NCBI GenBank assembly: GCA_947085405.1
Contig: CAMTWO010000014.1
Location: forward strand, 48,130-112,129
Reading direction: 5' to 3'
DNA length: 64,000 nt
DNA from: an uncultured Ignavibacteriota bacterium
GTDB lineage: Bacteria; Bacteroidota; Ignavibacteria; UBA10030; BY39
Shown: piece after piece, positions 27,834 through 38,002 of the stretch
Numbering within the stretch: the first letter of the stretch is position 1
How the letters are laid out: each line of letters starts with the position of its first letter
Made by a program: the position numbers and the translations under genes
The notes under the pieces: generated by a model
What the model was told of the DNA's origin: nothing
The model's input: the letters and a program-made list of their open reading frames with translations, nothing else
Database searches by the model: none

Positions 27834-28376
27834 ATGAAATTTTCAATCCAAATATTTTTAGCGTTCCTGGCTTGGGGGGTAGTTTATCCCCAAACCAAGA
27901 TTTTTGAGAAAGCCGCTGCATCCCTAAAAACTTATTTCGGCGATTCAGTTGAAGTCGTATCACACGTATTTAGATTTTCTGAAGAAGAAAAATTAAAAAT
28001 ACAGCAGGTTCAGAAGTCCAAAACCAATATCGATTCTATTTCTTTGTTTATATGCACAGGTGCCGGAATAAGATTAGGATATGGAGTAGTAGATAATGTG
28101 AAAGGAAAATCGCAACCGATAAGTTATCTAACTGTAATTGATACTTCAGGAGATGTTGTTGATGTGAATATACTCGTTTACCGTGAATCGCACGGGGGTG
28201 AGGTCCAGAACGAAAGTTTCCGCCGGCAATTTCGTGGGAAAAACTATCGGAATATAATTGAAATCGGTAAAGATATTAAAAGTATAAGCGGCGCCACAAT
28301 TTCTTCGCGCTCCGTTACTGGGGGCGTGAATAATATTTTAAGAATTTTTGAAATTATAAAACCATCATTGAAGTAA
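27834..28376 (+). CDS. Exported FMN-binding protein (ApbE flavinylation substrate)
   Basis: Signal peptide; YRESHGGEV; ISGATISS carries the [S/T]GA[S/T] flavinylation motif. Confidence 0.88.
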   Translation: MKFSIQIFLAFLAWGVVYPQTKIFEKAAASLKTYFGDSVEVVSHVFRFSEEEKLKIQQVQKSKTNIDSISLFICTGAGIRLGYGVVDNVKGKSQPISYLTVIDTSGDVVDVNILVYRESHGGEVQNESFRRQFRGKNYRNIIEIGKDIKSISGATISSRSVTGGVNNILRIFEIIKPSLK

Positions 28377-28877
28377 GTGATGAATAACAATTTTTCTCTA
28401 AGACAATCAGATTTTAATCTGAAAATTTTGATTACAGCTTTCCTGATTCTTCTAACATCCGGATATGGTATCGGATTACTTTTAGTTGAGCATAAGACAG
28501 CACTAAAGCCAAGCGGCATCACTGAAGAATACAAAGGTACGAACGAAGACTCGCAAGCCGATGTTATCAAATATCCTCGAAGTAAAAACGAGTTGTTCAT
28601 ATTGTTGCATAACCACATAATATCGCTTTCGCTCATCTTTTTTATCATCGGATTTATATTTTATTTCAGCTCATTAGTATCGAGTCGACTTAAAACTTTT
28701 TTAATACTTGAGCCGTTCATCAGCATAGCGATTACATTTTCTGGAATCTGGCTTTTGTGGGGAACATCCGAATTGTTTTCGTGGATTGTTTTGGTATCAG
28801 GAATTATGATGGGTTTATCTTATGCAGCAATGGTGATTTTAATACTAATAGAGTTATGGATATTAAAGACAAAATAA
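28377..28877 (+). CDS. Uncharacterised 4-TM inner-membrane protein with an HxH motif
   Basis: Four hydrophobic helices; LLHNHII; abuts the FMN-binding gene and overlaps apbE. Confidence 0.7.
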   Translation: MMNNNFSLRQSDFNLKILITAFLILLTSGYGIGLLLVEHKTALKPSGITEEYKGTNEDSQADVIKYPRSKNELFILLHNHIISLSLIFFIIGFIFYFSSLVSSRLKTFLILEPFISIAITFSGIWLLWGTSELFSWIVLVSGIMMGLSYAAMVILILIELWILKTK

Positions 28878-29884
28878 ATATTTTTAACAGACGGGATTTT
28901 CTGAAGTTAAGCGGAATTATTTTAGCGGGTAAATTAATCCTTCCTTCTAAAATATTTCCAATAATGAAACAGCCGCATAAGGTTTTGCGGTCAACATTTA
29001 CAATGGGTAGCATTGTTACAGTGGAAGCATACTGTGATGATAAAGTATTGTGTAACCTTGCAATCGATCAAGCATTCGACGAAATGAAAACCGTTGAAAT
29101 GTTGATGAGTGTATTCGATGCTTCAAGTCAAGTTTCGTTCATTAATAAGCTCGCTTACAGAGAAGCAGTTAAAGTTGATGGACGGATAATCGAGATAATG
29201 AAGTATGCACAAGAAATTTCACAACGAACAGGTGGCTATTTCGATATAACCGTTGAACCGTTGATGAAACTTTACGGTTTCAGAAGTGATGATGAGATTA
29301 AAGAAATGCCATCCGACAAAAAGTTACAGGAAGTCCTTTCCGCTGTTGGTATGGAAAACATTGTAATTAATGAAAATGAATCATCTATATTCCTGAATAA
29401 TTCCAAAACTAAAATTGATTTCGGCGGAATTGCAGTTGGTTATGCAATTGATAAAGCAGTTTCAATTTTAAAATCGCACGGAATTGAATCGGCATTGATC
29501 AATCACAGCGGCGATATTTACGCGATCGGTTCTCCGCCGGATGAAACCTCCTGGAATATCGGTATCATTGATCCGGCAAATCAAAGCGAAATAGTTGCTA
29601 CTATAAATCTAAAAGATGAAGCTCTTGCTACATCGGGCAATTATAGTAACTTCGTAATGATAGATGAAAGTAGGGTGGGACACATTTTGAATCCCAAAAA
29701 AGGGAAGATTGAAGAAAAATTTTTAAATATTTCTGTAGCCGCCCCAAAAGCTGTTGAAGCCGATGCTCTTACTACAGGACTTTTTGTTTTTGATATTGAA
29801 AAAGCCAATTCTTTTTTAAAGTTAAACGAAAATCTGAAATACATTGCGGTTTTGAGGAATGGTAATATCGTAAAGAATTATTAA
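28856..29884 (+). CDS. apbE: FAD:protein FMN transferase with a Tat-type signal
   Basis: NRRDFLK twin-arginine leader; TMGS, FDITV.PL, IDFGGIAVGYAID, GDI, ATSGNY, HILNPK, ADALTT. Start at 28856. Confidence 0.92.
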   Translation: MDIKDKINIFNRRDFLKLSGIILAGKLILPSKIFPIMKQPHKVLRSTFTMGSIVTVEAYCDDKVLCNLAIDQAFDEMKTVEMLMSVFDASSQVSFINKLAYREAVKVDGRIIEIMKYAQEISQRTGGYFDITVEPLMKLYGFRSDDEIKEMPSDKKLQEVLSAVGMENIVINENESSIFLNNSKTKIDFGGIAVGYAIDKAVSILKSHGIESALINHSGDIYAIGSPPDETSWNIGIIDPANQSEIVATINLKDEALATSGNYSNFVMIDESRVGHILNPKKGKIEEKFLNISVAAPKAVEADALTTGLFVFDIEKANSFLKLNENLKYIAVLRNGNIVKNY

Positions 29885-29911
29885 CAATTCGCAATACCAA
29901 AAAAATATCTC

Positions 29912-29940
29912 TTGACTATTATCTAAATTTATTTTATAAT
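29912..29940 (+). promoter_or_regulatory. Near-consensus sigma70 promoter of the DUF59 gene
   Basis: TTGACT-17 bp-TATAAT. Confidence 0.7.
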
Positions 29941-29966
29941 TGCATCAACATTTTTAAAAAAAAATT

Positions 29967-30287
29967 ATGAGCGAAGATAAAGCATCAATCGTTACAGAAG
30001 CTGAAGTTTATGAAGCACTCAGAGAGTGCTACGATCCGGAAATTCCGGTGAACGTCGTTGACTTAGGTTTGATTTACGATGTGAAAATAATAGATGATTG
30101 GGTTGGTATTAAAATGTCGTTAACTGCACCGGGATGTCCTGCACACACGTGGATTTCTCAAAACATCCGCAACCGGATATTGCAAATGCCCGGCATTAAA
30201 GACGCCGATGTCAGGATTGTTTGGGAACCTTTATGGAACCCCAGTTTGATGTCGGAAGAAGCTAAGAAAATTTTAGGAATGCCTTAA
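29967..30287 (+). CDS. Metal-sulfur cluster assembly factor (DUF59/SufT-like)
   Basis: YDPEIPVNVVDLGLIY, LTAPGCP, VWEPLW...MSEEAK. Confidence 0.9.
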   Translation: MSEDKASIVTEAEVYEALRECYDPEIPVNVVDLGLIYDVKIIDDWVGIKMSLTAPGCPAHTWISQNIRNRILQMPGIKDADVRIVWEPLWNPSLMSEEAKKILGMP

Positions 30288-30402
30288 TCTAAATACAAGC
30301 CCGATGGATCCCATTTTTAGAACGTTTTACGTTCTTAATGGGTGGGGATACGCCACCGCCTCCCGGCTATCCTTTAACAATTCGTCGGGCTTCCCCTTTT
30401 TT
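30273..30402 (+). ncRNA. Candidate structured RNA / repeat, copy 1
   Basis: Outer stem aagcccgatgga/ttcgtcgggctt (G-U pairs on the + strand), two inner hairpins, 3' CCCCTTTTTT. Confidence 0.45.
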
Positions 30403-30445
30403 GTGCGTTCGTCACTTAAGAAATTTAGATAGTGCATATTGAGTA

Positions 30446-30554
30446 TTAGGAATGCCTTAATTTAAAAACAAGCCCGATGAATCCCATTTTGGGGTGGGGA
30501 TACACGATCGCCTCTCAGTTATCCTTTAACAATTCGTCGGGCTTCCCCTTTTTT
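30446..30554 (+). ncRNA. Candidate structured RNA / repeat, copy 2
   Basis: Same stems as copy 1, with a shorter first inner hairpin and a varied second loop. Confidence 0.45.
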
Positions 30555-31647
30555 ACACGTTGAATCTGAAAAATACAACATCCCCGTCCTCAATCGAATA
30601 ATCCTTGCCGTGAATGTGTAGTAGCCCTTTTTCTCTTAATGCCGCATCAGACCCAACGGCAATTAATTCTTTCAACTTTATTACTTCTGCTTTAATAAAC
30701 CCTTTTTCAAAATCGGTGTGAATTTTACCGGCTGCTTTTGGCGCTTTTGTTCCCTTCTTAACTGTCCATGCACGCAACTCTTTTTCGTTGTGTGTGTAGA
30801 AAGTAATTAGATCCAACAACCAATATCCTTCCTTGATTACTTTATCCAAACTTGATTCAGAGATGCCTAAATCTTTCAAAAATTTTTCGCGTTCATCATA
30901 ATTTAAATCAGCGATTTCTGCCTCCATTTCGCCGTCAACGACCATTACTTTCGATCCGCGATGGACTGCTAACTGTTCTACAATTTTTAAGAAGTCGTTA
31001 CCTTTAGTTAATCCCTCTTCATCAACATTTGCAATAAACATAACCGGTTTTGCCGTTAATAGATGAAGATGACATGCAAGCTCTTTTTCTTCATCATCCA
31101 AATTTAACATTCTTGCAAGTTTGCCTTCCCCCAAATGATTTTTTAATTTCTGACAGACTTCAATCGCATGCCTCACCTTTTTATCGCCGGATTTTGATTG
31201 ACGTTCTAACTCTTGAAGATTTTTCTGAACAGTTTCGATATCTTTCAATATTAATTCTGTTTCAACAATTTCGATATCTCTTCGGGGATCGACACTTCCG
31301 TAGGTGTGAACAACATTCTCACCTTCGAAACACCGAACAACATGTGCAATCGCATCGACTTCGCGGATATGAGCCAGAAATTGATTTCCTAATCCCTCTC
31401 CCTTGTTTGCTCCTTTAACTAATCCTGCTATATCTACAAACTCGATCGTTGTTGGAATAACTTTAGGGGGTTTGAAGATTTTTGCAAGGATAGTTAATCG
31501 CTCATCGGGGACAGTAACAACACCTGAGTGCGGTTCCTTCGTAGTGAATGGAAAATTTCCAACTGCCGAATTAGCTGAAGTAATTGCATTAAAGATTGTA
31601 GATTTACCAACATTTGGTAACCCTACTATTCCACAATTAAAGCCCAT
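30553..31647 (-). CDS. ychF: Redox-regulated ATPase YchF
   Basis: GIVGLPNVGKST, DIAGLVKGA, AGKIHTDFEKGFI, DGDVVFFRFNV. Start MGFNC at 31647. Confidence 0.95.
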   Translation of the reverse strand: MGFNCGIVGLPNVGKSTIFNAITSANSAVGNFPFTTKEPHSGVVTVPDERLTILAKIFKPPKVIPTTIEFVDIAGLVKGANKGEGLGNQFLAHIREVDAIAHVVRCFEGENVVHTYGSVDPRRDIEIVETELILKDIETVQKNLQELERQSKSGDKKVRHAIEVCQKLKNHLGEGKLARMLNLDDEEKELACHLHLLTAKPVMFIANVDEEGLTKGNDFLKIVEQLAVHRGSKVMVVDGEMEAEIADLNYDEREKFLKDLGISESSLDKVIKEGYWLLDLITFYTHNEKELRAWTVKKGTKAPKAAGKIHTDFEKGFIKAEVIKLKELIAVGSDAALREKGLLHIHGKDYSIEDGDVVFFRFNV

Positions 31648-31649
31648 GA

Positions 31650-31740
31650 TAGATTTATGATTTATGATTTTTGATTGATGACCTATAACTAACAACTTTA
31701 ACTGATAACTGATAACTAAAAACTATAACTTAAAAACTGA
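31650..31740. repeat. Heptamer tandem repeats
   Basis: gatttat gatttat gattttt gatt; aactgat aactgat aactaaa aactat. Confidence 0.6.
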
Positions 31741-31766
31741 TCTGCCCTTCGACAATTTCATAAATT

Positions 31767-32870
31767 TTATTTTCCGGGTTGGAAGTTTCTTACTTCTTCT
31801 AAAATTGTATCAACGATATCTTCTTCCTTCACCTTTTTTATCATCTCACCTTTCCGATATAAAATTGCTACACCTTTTCCAGCCGCAATACCGATGTCGG
31901 CTTCGCTTGCCTCGCCGGGACCGTTAACCACACAACCGAGGACAGCTATTTTGATTGGCTTCTTTTCTCCCGCTAACTTTTCTTCAAGTTGTTTAACGAT
32001 GCTGAATAAATCAACTTCCAAGCGACCACACGTAGGGCAGGCAATCAACTCAACATTTCGAGACGCCAAACTTAATGAGCGGAGAATTTCTTTTCCAACT
32101 TCAATCTCTTTGACGGGATCGTCTGTAAGAGAAACACGAATCGTATCGCCGATTCCTTCGGCTAATAAAGTTCCAATTCCAACGGCTGATTTTATTGTTC
32201 CAATTTTTGTTGTGCCAGCTTCTGTAACACCCAAATGAAGCGGTATATCAGTCTTTGCAGAAATCAACCTGTAAGCTTCTATCATCAACTTCACGTCTGT
32301 CGATTTAACAGATATAACTAAATCCTTGAAGTTGAACTCGTCACAAATTTCAACATGTCGCATTGCGCTCTCGAACAAAGCTTCGGCAGTCGGGTAACCG
32401 AATTTATTCAAAATATCTTCTTCAAGCGAGCCTGAGTTAACTCCGATGCGTATCGGAATTCCTTTTCCGGCTGCAGCTTCCAAAACTTGTTTTATCCTAT
32501 CCTTCGAGCCAATATTCCCTGGATTGATGCGAACTTTTGCAACCCCCGCTTCGATTGCTTGTAAAGCAAAAACATGGTTGAAATGTATATCAGCAACAAC
32601 GGGTATTGGGGATTTCATAACAATCTTCGGCATTGCCTCGGCTGCCTCTTTATCGTTGACTGTAACACGGATAATATCGCAGCCGGCTTCGGTTGCATCA
32701 ATGATTTGTTTGACAGTAGCATTAACATCGCCCGTTTTAGTTTTCGTCATCGTTTGCACCGAGATTGGTGCGTTGCCGCCAACAAGCACGCCGCCGACAT
32801 TCACTTGCCGTGTGTGTCTGCGAATTCCAACTTTGTATGTAGGATGAGGATTTTGTTCAGATGAGGACAT
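31767..32870 (-). CDS. ispG: (E)-4-hydroxy-3-methylbut-2-enyl-diphosphate synthase
   Basis: VADIHF, RINPGN, RIGVNSGSL, HLGVTEAG, GDTIRVSL, CPTCGR, GCVVNGPGE. Confidence 0.97.
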   Translation of the reverse strand: MSSSEQNPHPTYKVGIRRHTRQVNVGGVLVGGNAPISVQTMTKTKTGDVNATVKQIIDATEAGCDIIRVTVNDKEAAEAMPKIVMKSPIPVVADIHFNHVFALQAIEAGVAKVRINPGNIGSKDRIKQVLEAAAGKGIPIRIGVNSGSLEEDILNKFGYPTAEALFESAMRHVEICDEFNFKDLVISVKSTDVKLMIEAYRLISAKTDIPLHLGVTEAGTTKIGTIKSAVGIGTLLAEGIGDTIRVSLTDDPVKEIEVGKEILRSLSLASRNVELIACPTCGRLEVDLFSIVKQLEEKLAGEKKPIKIAVLGCVVNGPGEASEADIGIAAGKGVAILYRKGEMIKKVKEEDIVDTILEEVRNFQPGK

Positions 32871-32930
32871 AAGAATTTTTGATTTTATGATTTCGGATCT
32901 AATTCGAGTTTTGATTTTAGGATTTTGGAC

Positions 32931-33842
32931 TTATTTTAGTTTTTTACTTGCTTCAAAAAGGATTTGTTTTTCTTTTTCAGAAAGATTTTGATAACCTTCT
33001 TTACTTATCTTATCGAGAATTTCATCAACTCTTTGTTGTAACACATTTTGATTTTCTTCGATATCAAAAAATTTGGCATCGCTGATTGTGTCGTGTTCTT
33101 TTTTTGTAGCGGTTGTATATCTTCCTGGCTTTTGATAAATGCTGATGAACTTTTCCCAAAAGCTCATTAGTTTGTATCTTTTAGAATCTATTATGATGAG
33201 AATAAAACCAACAGCAGCGCCACCTAAATGAGCAAAATGTGCGATGCCGTCTTGTGTACCGGTTATTCCTGCATATAGCTCAACAGCCATGAATATCATC
33301 ACAAAATATTTCGCTTTAATTGGGATGAAAAAATAAAGGAAAATCGGGCGATTCGGAAAAATTATCCCGAAGGCAAGCAAGATTCCGTAAACAGCACCCG
33401 ATGCCCCAACCGTAGGACCGCCTTGTCCGAATAAAGGACCTAACAACAGATTTGAGATACCGGCACCGATTCCACAAGCAAGATAAAATAGAAGGAATTT
33501 TTTTGAGCCCCAATTATTTTCGAGCTCCATCCCAAACATCCAGAGTGCAAACATATTAAATAATAAGTGCATAAAACCGGCATGCATAAACATGTAAGTA
33601 AACAACTGCCAGAATTGGAACGTAGGCATTTCGGGGACATCTGTAAATAACGGATACAGAGCAAAGGTAGATTCAATGATATAAGCAAATGAATAATCGC
33701 CAATCCTGAATAATCCGAAGAAACCGGCAAATAAAAATATGCTAATATTGATAAGCAGTAACGCTTTGATTACAGGCGGGAAAAATCGGAAGCCGCCAAA
33801 AAGCGACGGCCGTTGATAGTTATATGTTTGGTGATAAGACAA
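32931..33842 (-). CDS. Rhomboid-family intramembrane serine protease
   Basis: HLLFNM, GASGA, AHFAHLGG; C-terminal VDEILDKIS..G...LS..EK domain. Confidence 0.92.
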   Translation of the reverse strand: MSYHQTYNYQRPSLFGGFRFFPPVIKALLLINISIFLFAGFFGLFRIGDYSFAYIIESTFALYPLFTDVPEMPTFQFWQLFTYMFMHAGFMHLLFNMFALWMFGMELENNWGSKKFLLFYLACGIGAGISNLLLGPLFGQGGPTVGASGAVYGILLAFGIIFPNRPIFLYFFIPIKAKYFVMIFMAVELYAGITGTQDGIAHFAHLGGAAVGFILIIIDSKRYKLMSFWEKFISIYQKPGRYTTATKKEHDTISDAKFFDIEENQNVLQQRVDEILDKISKEGYQNLSEKEKQILFEASKKLK

Positions 33843-33921
33843 GTTAATAGTTAATGGTCAATGGTTAATAGTCAATAGTCAATTAGCAATTAGAAATTAG
33901 AAATTAGAAATTGACAATTAG
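33843..33921. repeat. Heptamer tandem repeats
   Basis: gttaata gttaatg gtcaatg gttaata gtcaata gtcaatt; aattaga repeated three times. Confidence 0.7.
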
Positions 33922-35124
33922 CTATTGACAATTAGAAAGTGCGGCAACGCCGGGTAAGATTTTACCTTCTAAAAATTCGAGTGAGGCGCCACCACCGGTA
34001 GAAACGTGCGATACAGCTTTCTCAAGACCGGCTTTTGCAATCGCTGCAGCCGAGTCGCCGCCGCCGATAATCGTAATGGCACCTGTTTTTGTTACACTTG
34101 CCAACGCTGTTGCAACAGCGTTAGTTCCTACTGCAAAATTATCCATTTCAAATACACCCATCGGTCCATTCCAAACAATCGTTTTGGATGCAGCGATAAC
34201 ATCGGTGAATAGTTTTACAGTTTCAGGACCTATATCAAGTCCCTGCCAACCTGGTTCGATGTTATCAACTTTCACAGTTTTCTTTTGAGCGGCGTTATCA
34301 AATTTGTCGGCAACTACACAATCGACAGGAAGTAAAAATTTAATATTGCGTTTTGAAACTTCGTTCAACAACGATTTTGCTAAATCAATTTTGTCTTGTT
34401 CGAGCAGTGAATCGCCAATTTCCAAACCTTTTGCTTTGTAAAAAGTGTATGCCATTCCACCGCCGACAATCAATGTATCAACTCTATTCAACAGATTTTG
34501 AATTACATCAATTTTGCCTGAAACTTTTGCACCGCCTAAAATAGCCGTGAAAGGGCGAACAGGATTTTCGAGTGCCTTTCCTAAATAATCAAGCTCTTTT
34601 TTCATCAGGTAGCCCGCAACCGCAGGTTTGATAAAACGGGTTACTCCTTCGGTTGAAGCGTGAGCACGATGCGCACTACCGAATGCGTCGTTCACATAAA
34701 CATCGCCTAATGAAGCTAACTCTCTTGCAAAATTTTCATCGTTGGCTTCTTCTTCGTTATGGTAACGAAGATTTTCTAACAACAAGCATTCGCCGTCCTT
34801 CAAACTTGCAACAGCGGATTTTGCAAGTTCACCGATACAATCAGAAGCAAACTTTACTCCTATACCTAAAAGTTCTGAAGTACGTTTGGCAACCGGTGCA
34901 AGTGAAAACTCCGGTTTGGGTTTGCCCTTCGGTCGGCCCAAGTGGCTCATCAAAATTGCTTTACCACCATCGGCTAAAATTTTCTTGATAGTCGGGAGAG
35001 ATTCTACAATCCTCGTATCGTCAGTAACCATTCCGTTTTCCATCGGGACGTTGAAATCAACACGAATCAAAACTCGTTTCGATTTTACCTGTATATCATC
35101 AATCGTCATTTTATTCATGTTCAT
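33922..35124 (-). CDS. pgk: Phosphoglycerate kinase
   Basis: [43 protein letters not shown]. Confidence 0.98.
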   Translation of the reverse strand: MNMNKMTIDDIQVKSKRVLIRVDFNVPMENGMVTDDTRIVESLPTIKKILADGGKAILMSHLGRPKGKPKPEFSLAPVAKRTSELLGIGVKFASDCIGELAKSAVASLKDGECLLLENLRYHNEEEANDENFARELASLGDVYVNDAFGSAHRAHASTEGVTRFIKPAVAGYLMKKELDYLGKALENPVRPFTAILGGAKVSGKIDVIQNLLNRVDTLIVGGGMAYTFYKAKGLEIGDSLLEQDKIDLAKSLLNEVSKRNIKFLLPVDCVVADKFDNAAQKKTVKVDNIEPGWQGLDIGPETVKLFTDVIAASKTIVWNGPMGVFEMDNFAVGTNAVATALASVTKTGAITIIGGGDSAAAIAKAGLEKAVSHVSTGGGASLEFLEGKILPGVAALSNCQ

Positions 35125-35132
35125 TTCCTTAA

Positions 35133-36143
<1,011 letters not shown>

Positions 36144-36168
36144 TTAGTTATTGTTTAAATTTGATACA

Positions 36169-36197
36169 AATTTATGAAGAAATGGGTAGAAAGGCAA
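36169..36197 (-). promoter_or_regulatory. Putative gap-pgk promoter
   Basis: Minus strand reads TTGCCT-17 bp-TAAATT. Confidence 0.45.
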
Positions 36198-36381
36198 ATA
36201 ATAGATTTTAGATTTGGGATTTAGGAAACAGGATAAAATTTTTATACTGCACTTTTTAATTTCTATGAGTGCGAAAAAAAGGAAAGGGTATATGGAATCG
36301 AATGTCCTCTTTTGATTTTGCACACTATGTACTTGCTGAACTTGTAGTAGAGGTACTTTGGCAAACTCTTTATCCTCCTCT

Positions 36382-36460
36382 CCGGTGGTTGCCGAGCTTG
36401 CCGAAGCAACCGTTATCTGAACTCACCAGAAATGGCGTTTCGACACGCTCAACGCCCGGA
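36382..36460. repeat. Degenerate palindromic repeat element
   Basis: ccggtggttgccgagcttgccgaagcaacc ... ggcgtttcgacacgctcaacgcccgg; the two arms are imperfectly complementary. Confidence 0.5.
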
Positions 36461-36553
36461 TTGGATTCTGAATTCTTGTTACCGCCAATGCCGCACCCAA
36501 TTTGACAAGTTCTATAACGTCAACCCAATATTTACAATTTCGCATTAGGCGGA

Positions 36554-37981
36554 TTAAAACGAGCGATAGCGTTTTATCTTTCCATTAATAACAGCAATCA
36601 GAATATCGAGGTCAAATGGTTTCGTTATATAATCATCCACACCAAGTTGGAAACCTGAACGCATTACTAATCCATCTTGCAAAGCACTCATGAATATGAA
36701 AGGAGTTTTTCTCAGGTATGGAATTTCCTGTACCGAGGAAAAGAACTTGAAACCATCCAAGTCCCCCTGCGGAAACATTATATCGCATAGTATCAGGTCA
36801 AATGCGCTACTATTCAGTTTTTCAAATGCACTCTCAATATCAAGAGCCGTAGTAACATCGAATCCGTTTTCTCTTAATGTATCTTCAAGTATTTGCAGCA
36901 AGATATCATCATCGTCAACCACAAGAATACTCCCGTTGCTTTTACTTTTTTTGAAACTTGATTTAATGAGAGATTCGACCTGTGATTTTTGGTCGTCAGT
37001 TATATGAAATCGTTTCCGGACATCGTCTAACTTTTTTTTATTTTTTAAAGTGATTTCACCCGCAAGTATTCTCTTTTGAACATGAGCGATATACAACTCA
37101 AGCCGTACGTCAGATTCAATTTTGAAATGTTCATCAAAAGTAAGTTCAAGTAATTCTTTCAACCGCATCATTTTTTTTGCACCTTCAACGGAAGGTTGTC
37201 CGTCTGTATAATTTTCGCGCATTTGTTCGTGATAGAGTGCGATTCTTGCCTCTTTTGTTTCCGGTATTTTTATTCCCAAAATTTCAAGCTTGTCGTCGTA
37301 CTCCCTCGATATTTGTTCCAACCGACGGAGGAAAGATTTTTCCATTTTACCGTGAAGTTCTTCTCTTATCTCTTTTATTGCCCTATTATTTTCGGCTACC
37401 AAAGCATCATATTTTTGTTGAAATTTTTTCTTTTCCGCTTCTATCACCGCTTCAGCATCTGCCTGGATTCGTTTTTTCTCATCTGCGATTTGAGTTTGAA
37501 ACATTGTCTCGAATTCCCGCTCGAGTAATTGAAGAACAGCGTTCCTGTTTTTTTCGAATTGTTTGAGTGTTTGTGCAGCATTTCGCTCAGCATTGTGAAG
37601 TTCCTGTGTGAATTTTTCTTTATACTCGTTTTCTATCTCGTTACGAATCGTTTGTTCAGAAGGAACAACGATATTGTTTATCTGTTGAACCGTTTGAACA
37701 GGTTTTTCGGTTTTTACGATATGGCTATCATCAACCTTATTTTTTTTAATAAGGTGTGGGTTATCTTCCAAATATTGTATTCGTTCTTCAAAAGCTTTCA
37801 GGTATGGATTCAAGGGCTCCCATTCTTTTGCCTCTGTTAAAAATTCTCTGGCTTTGACAAGATTTCCATTTTTTATAGAAGCATCAACCTGCCTAAGACA
37901 TTGATGAAATTTTTGAGTAACCTCAGTGGAACTCATCCCTGCATTGGATTGCCCCGTTTGCATATTTTTATTTTCATTCAC
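36554..37981 (-). CDS. Response regulator with C-terminal receiver and long N-terminal coiled-coil
   Basis: ILVVDDD, LILCDIMFP, DGF, PFIFMSA, GVDDYITKPF; Glu/Lys-rich N-terminal region of about 340 aa. Confidence 0.85.
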   Translation of the reverse strand: MNENKNMQTGQSNAGMSSTEVTQKFHQCLRQVDASIKNGNLVKAREFLTEAKEWEPLNPYLKAFEERIQYLEDNPHLIKKNKVDDSHIVKTEKPVQTVQQINNIVVPSEQTIRNEIENEYKEKFTQELHNAERNAAQTLKQFEKNRNAVLQLLEREFETMFQTQIADEKKRIQADAEAVIEAEKKKFQQKYDALVAENNRAIKEIREELHGKMEKSFLRRLEQISREYDDKLEILGIKIPETKEARIALYHEQMRENYTDGQPSVEGAKKMMRLKELLELTFDEHFKIESDVRLELYIAHVQKRILAGEITLKNKKKLDDVRKRFHITDDQKSQVESLIKSSFKKSKSNGSILVVDDDDILLQILEDTLRENGFDVTTALDIESAFEKLNSSAFDLILCDIMFPQGDLDGFKFFSSVQEIPYLRKTPFIFMSALQDGLVMRSGFQLGVDDYITKPFDLDILIAVINGKIKRYRSF

Positions 37982-38002
37982 GATTTTGTTTGTCTATTAG
38001 TT

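Noticed and set aside
28757-28855. Longer ApbE N-terminus
   Set aside because: It overlaps the upstream gene; the ATG at 28856 puts the twin-arginine motif at the expected position.
30273-30554. CRISPR array or known riboswitch (TPP-like CTGAGA on the minus strand)
   Set aside because: Only two long units, no spacers and no cas genes. The rest of the TPP consensus is missing, and the element lies 3' of two convergent genes.
31648-31695. N-terminal extension of YchF (MLVIGHQSKIINHKSI)
   Set aside because: It is the translation of intergenic heptamer repeats; the conserved start is MGFNC at 31647.
36269-36505. 78-aa ORF between gap and the response regulator
   Set aside because: It runs through a palindromic repeat and has no protein-like features.
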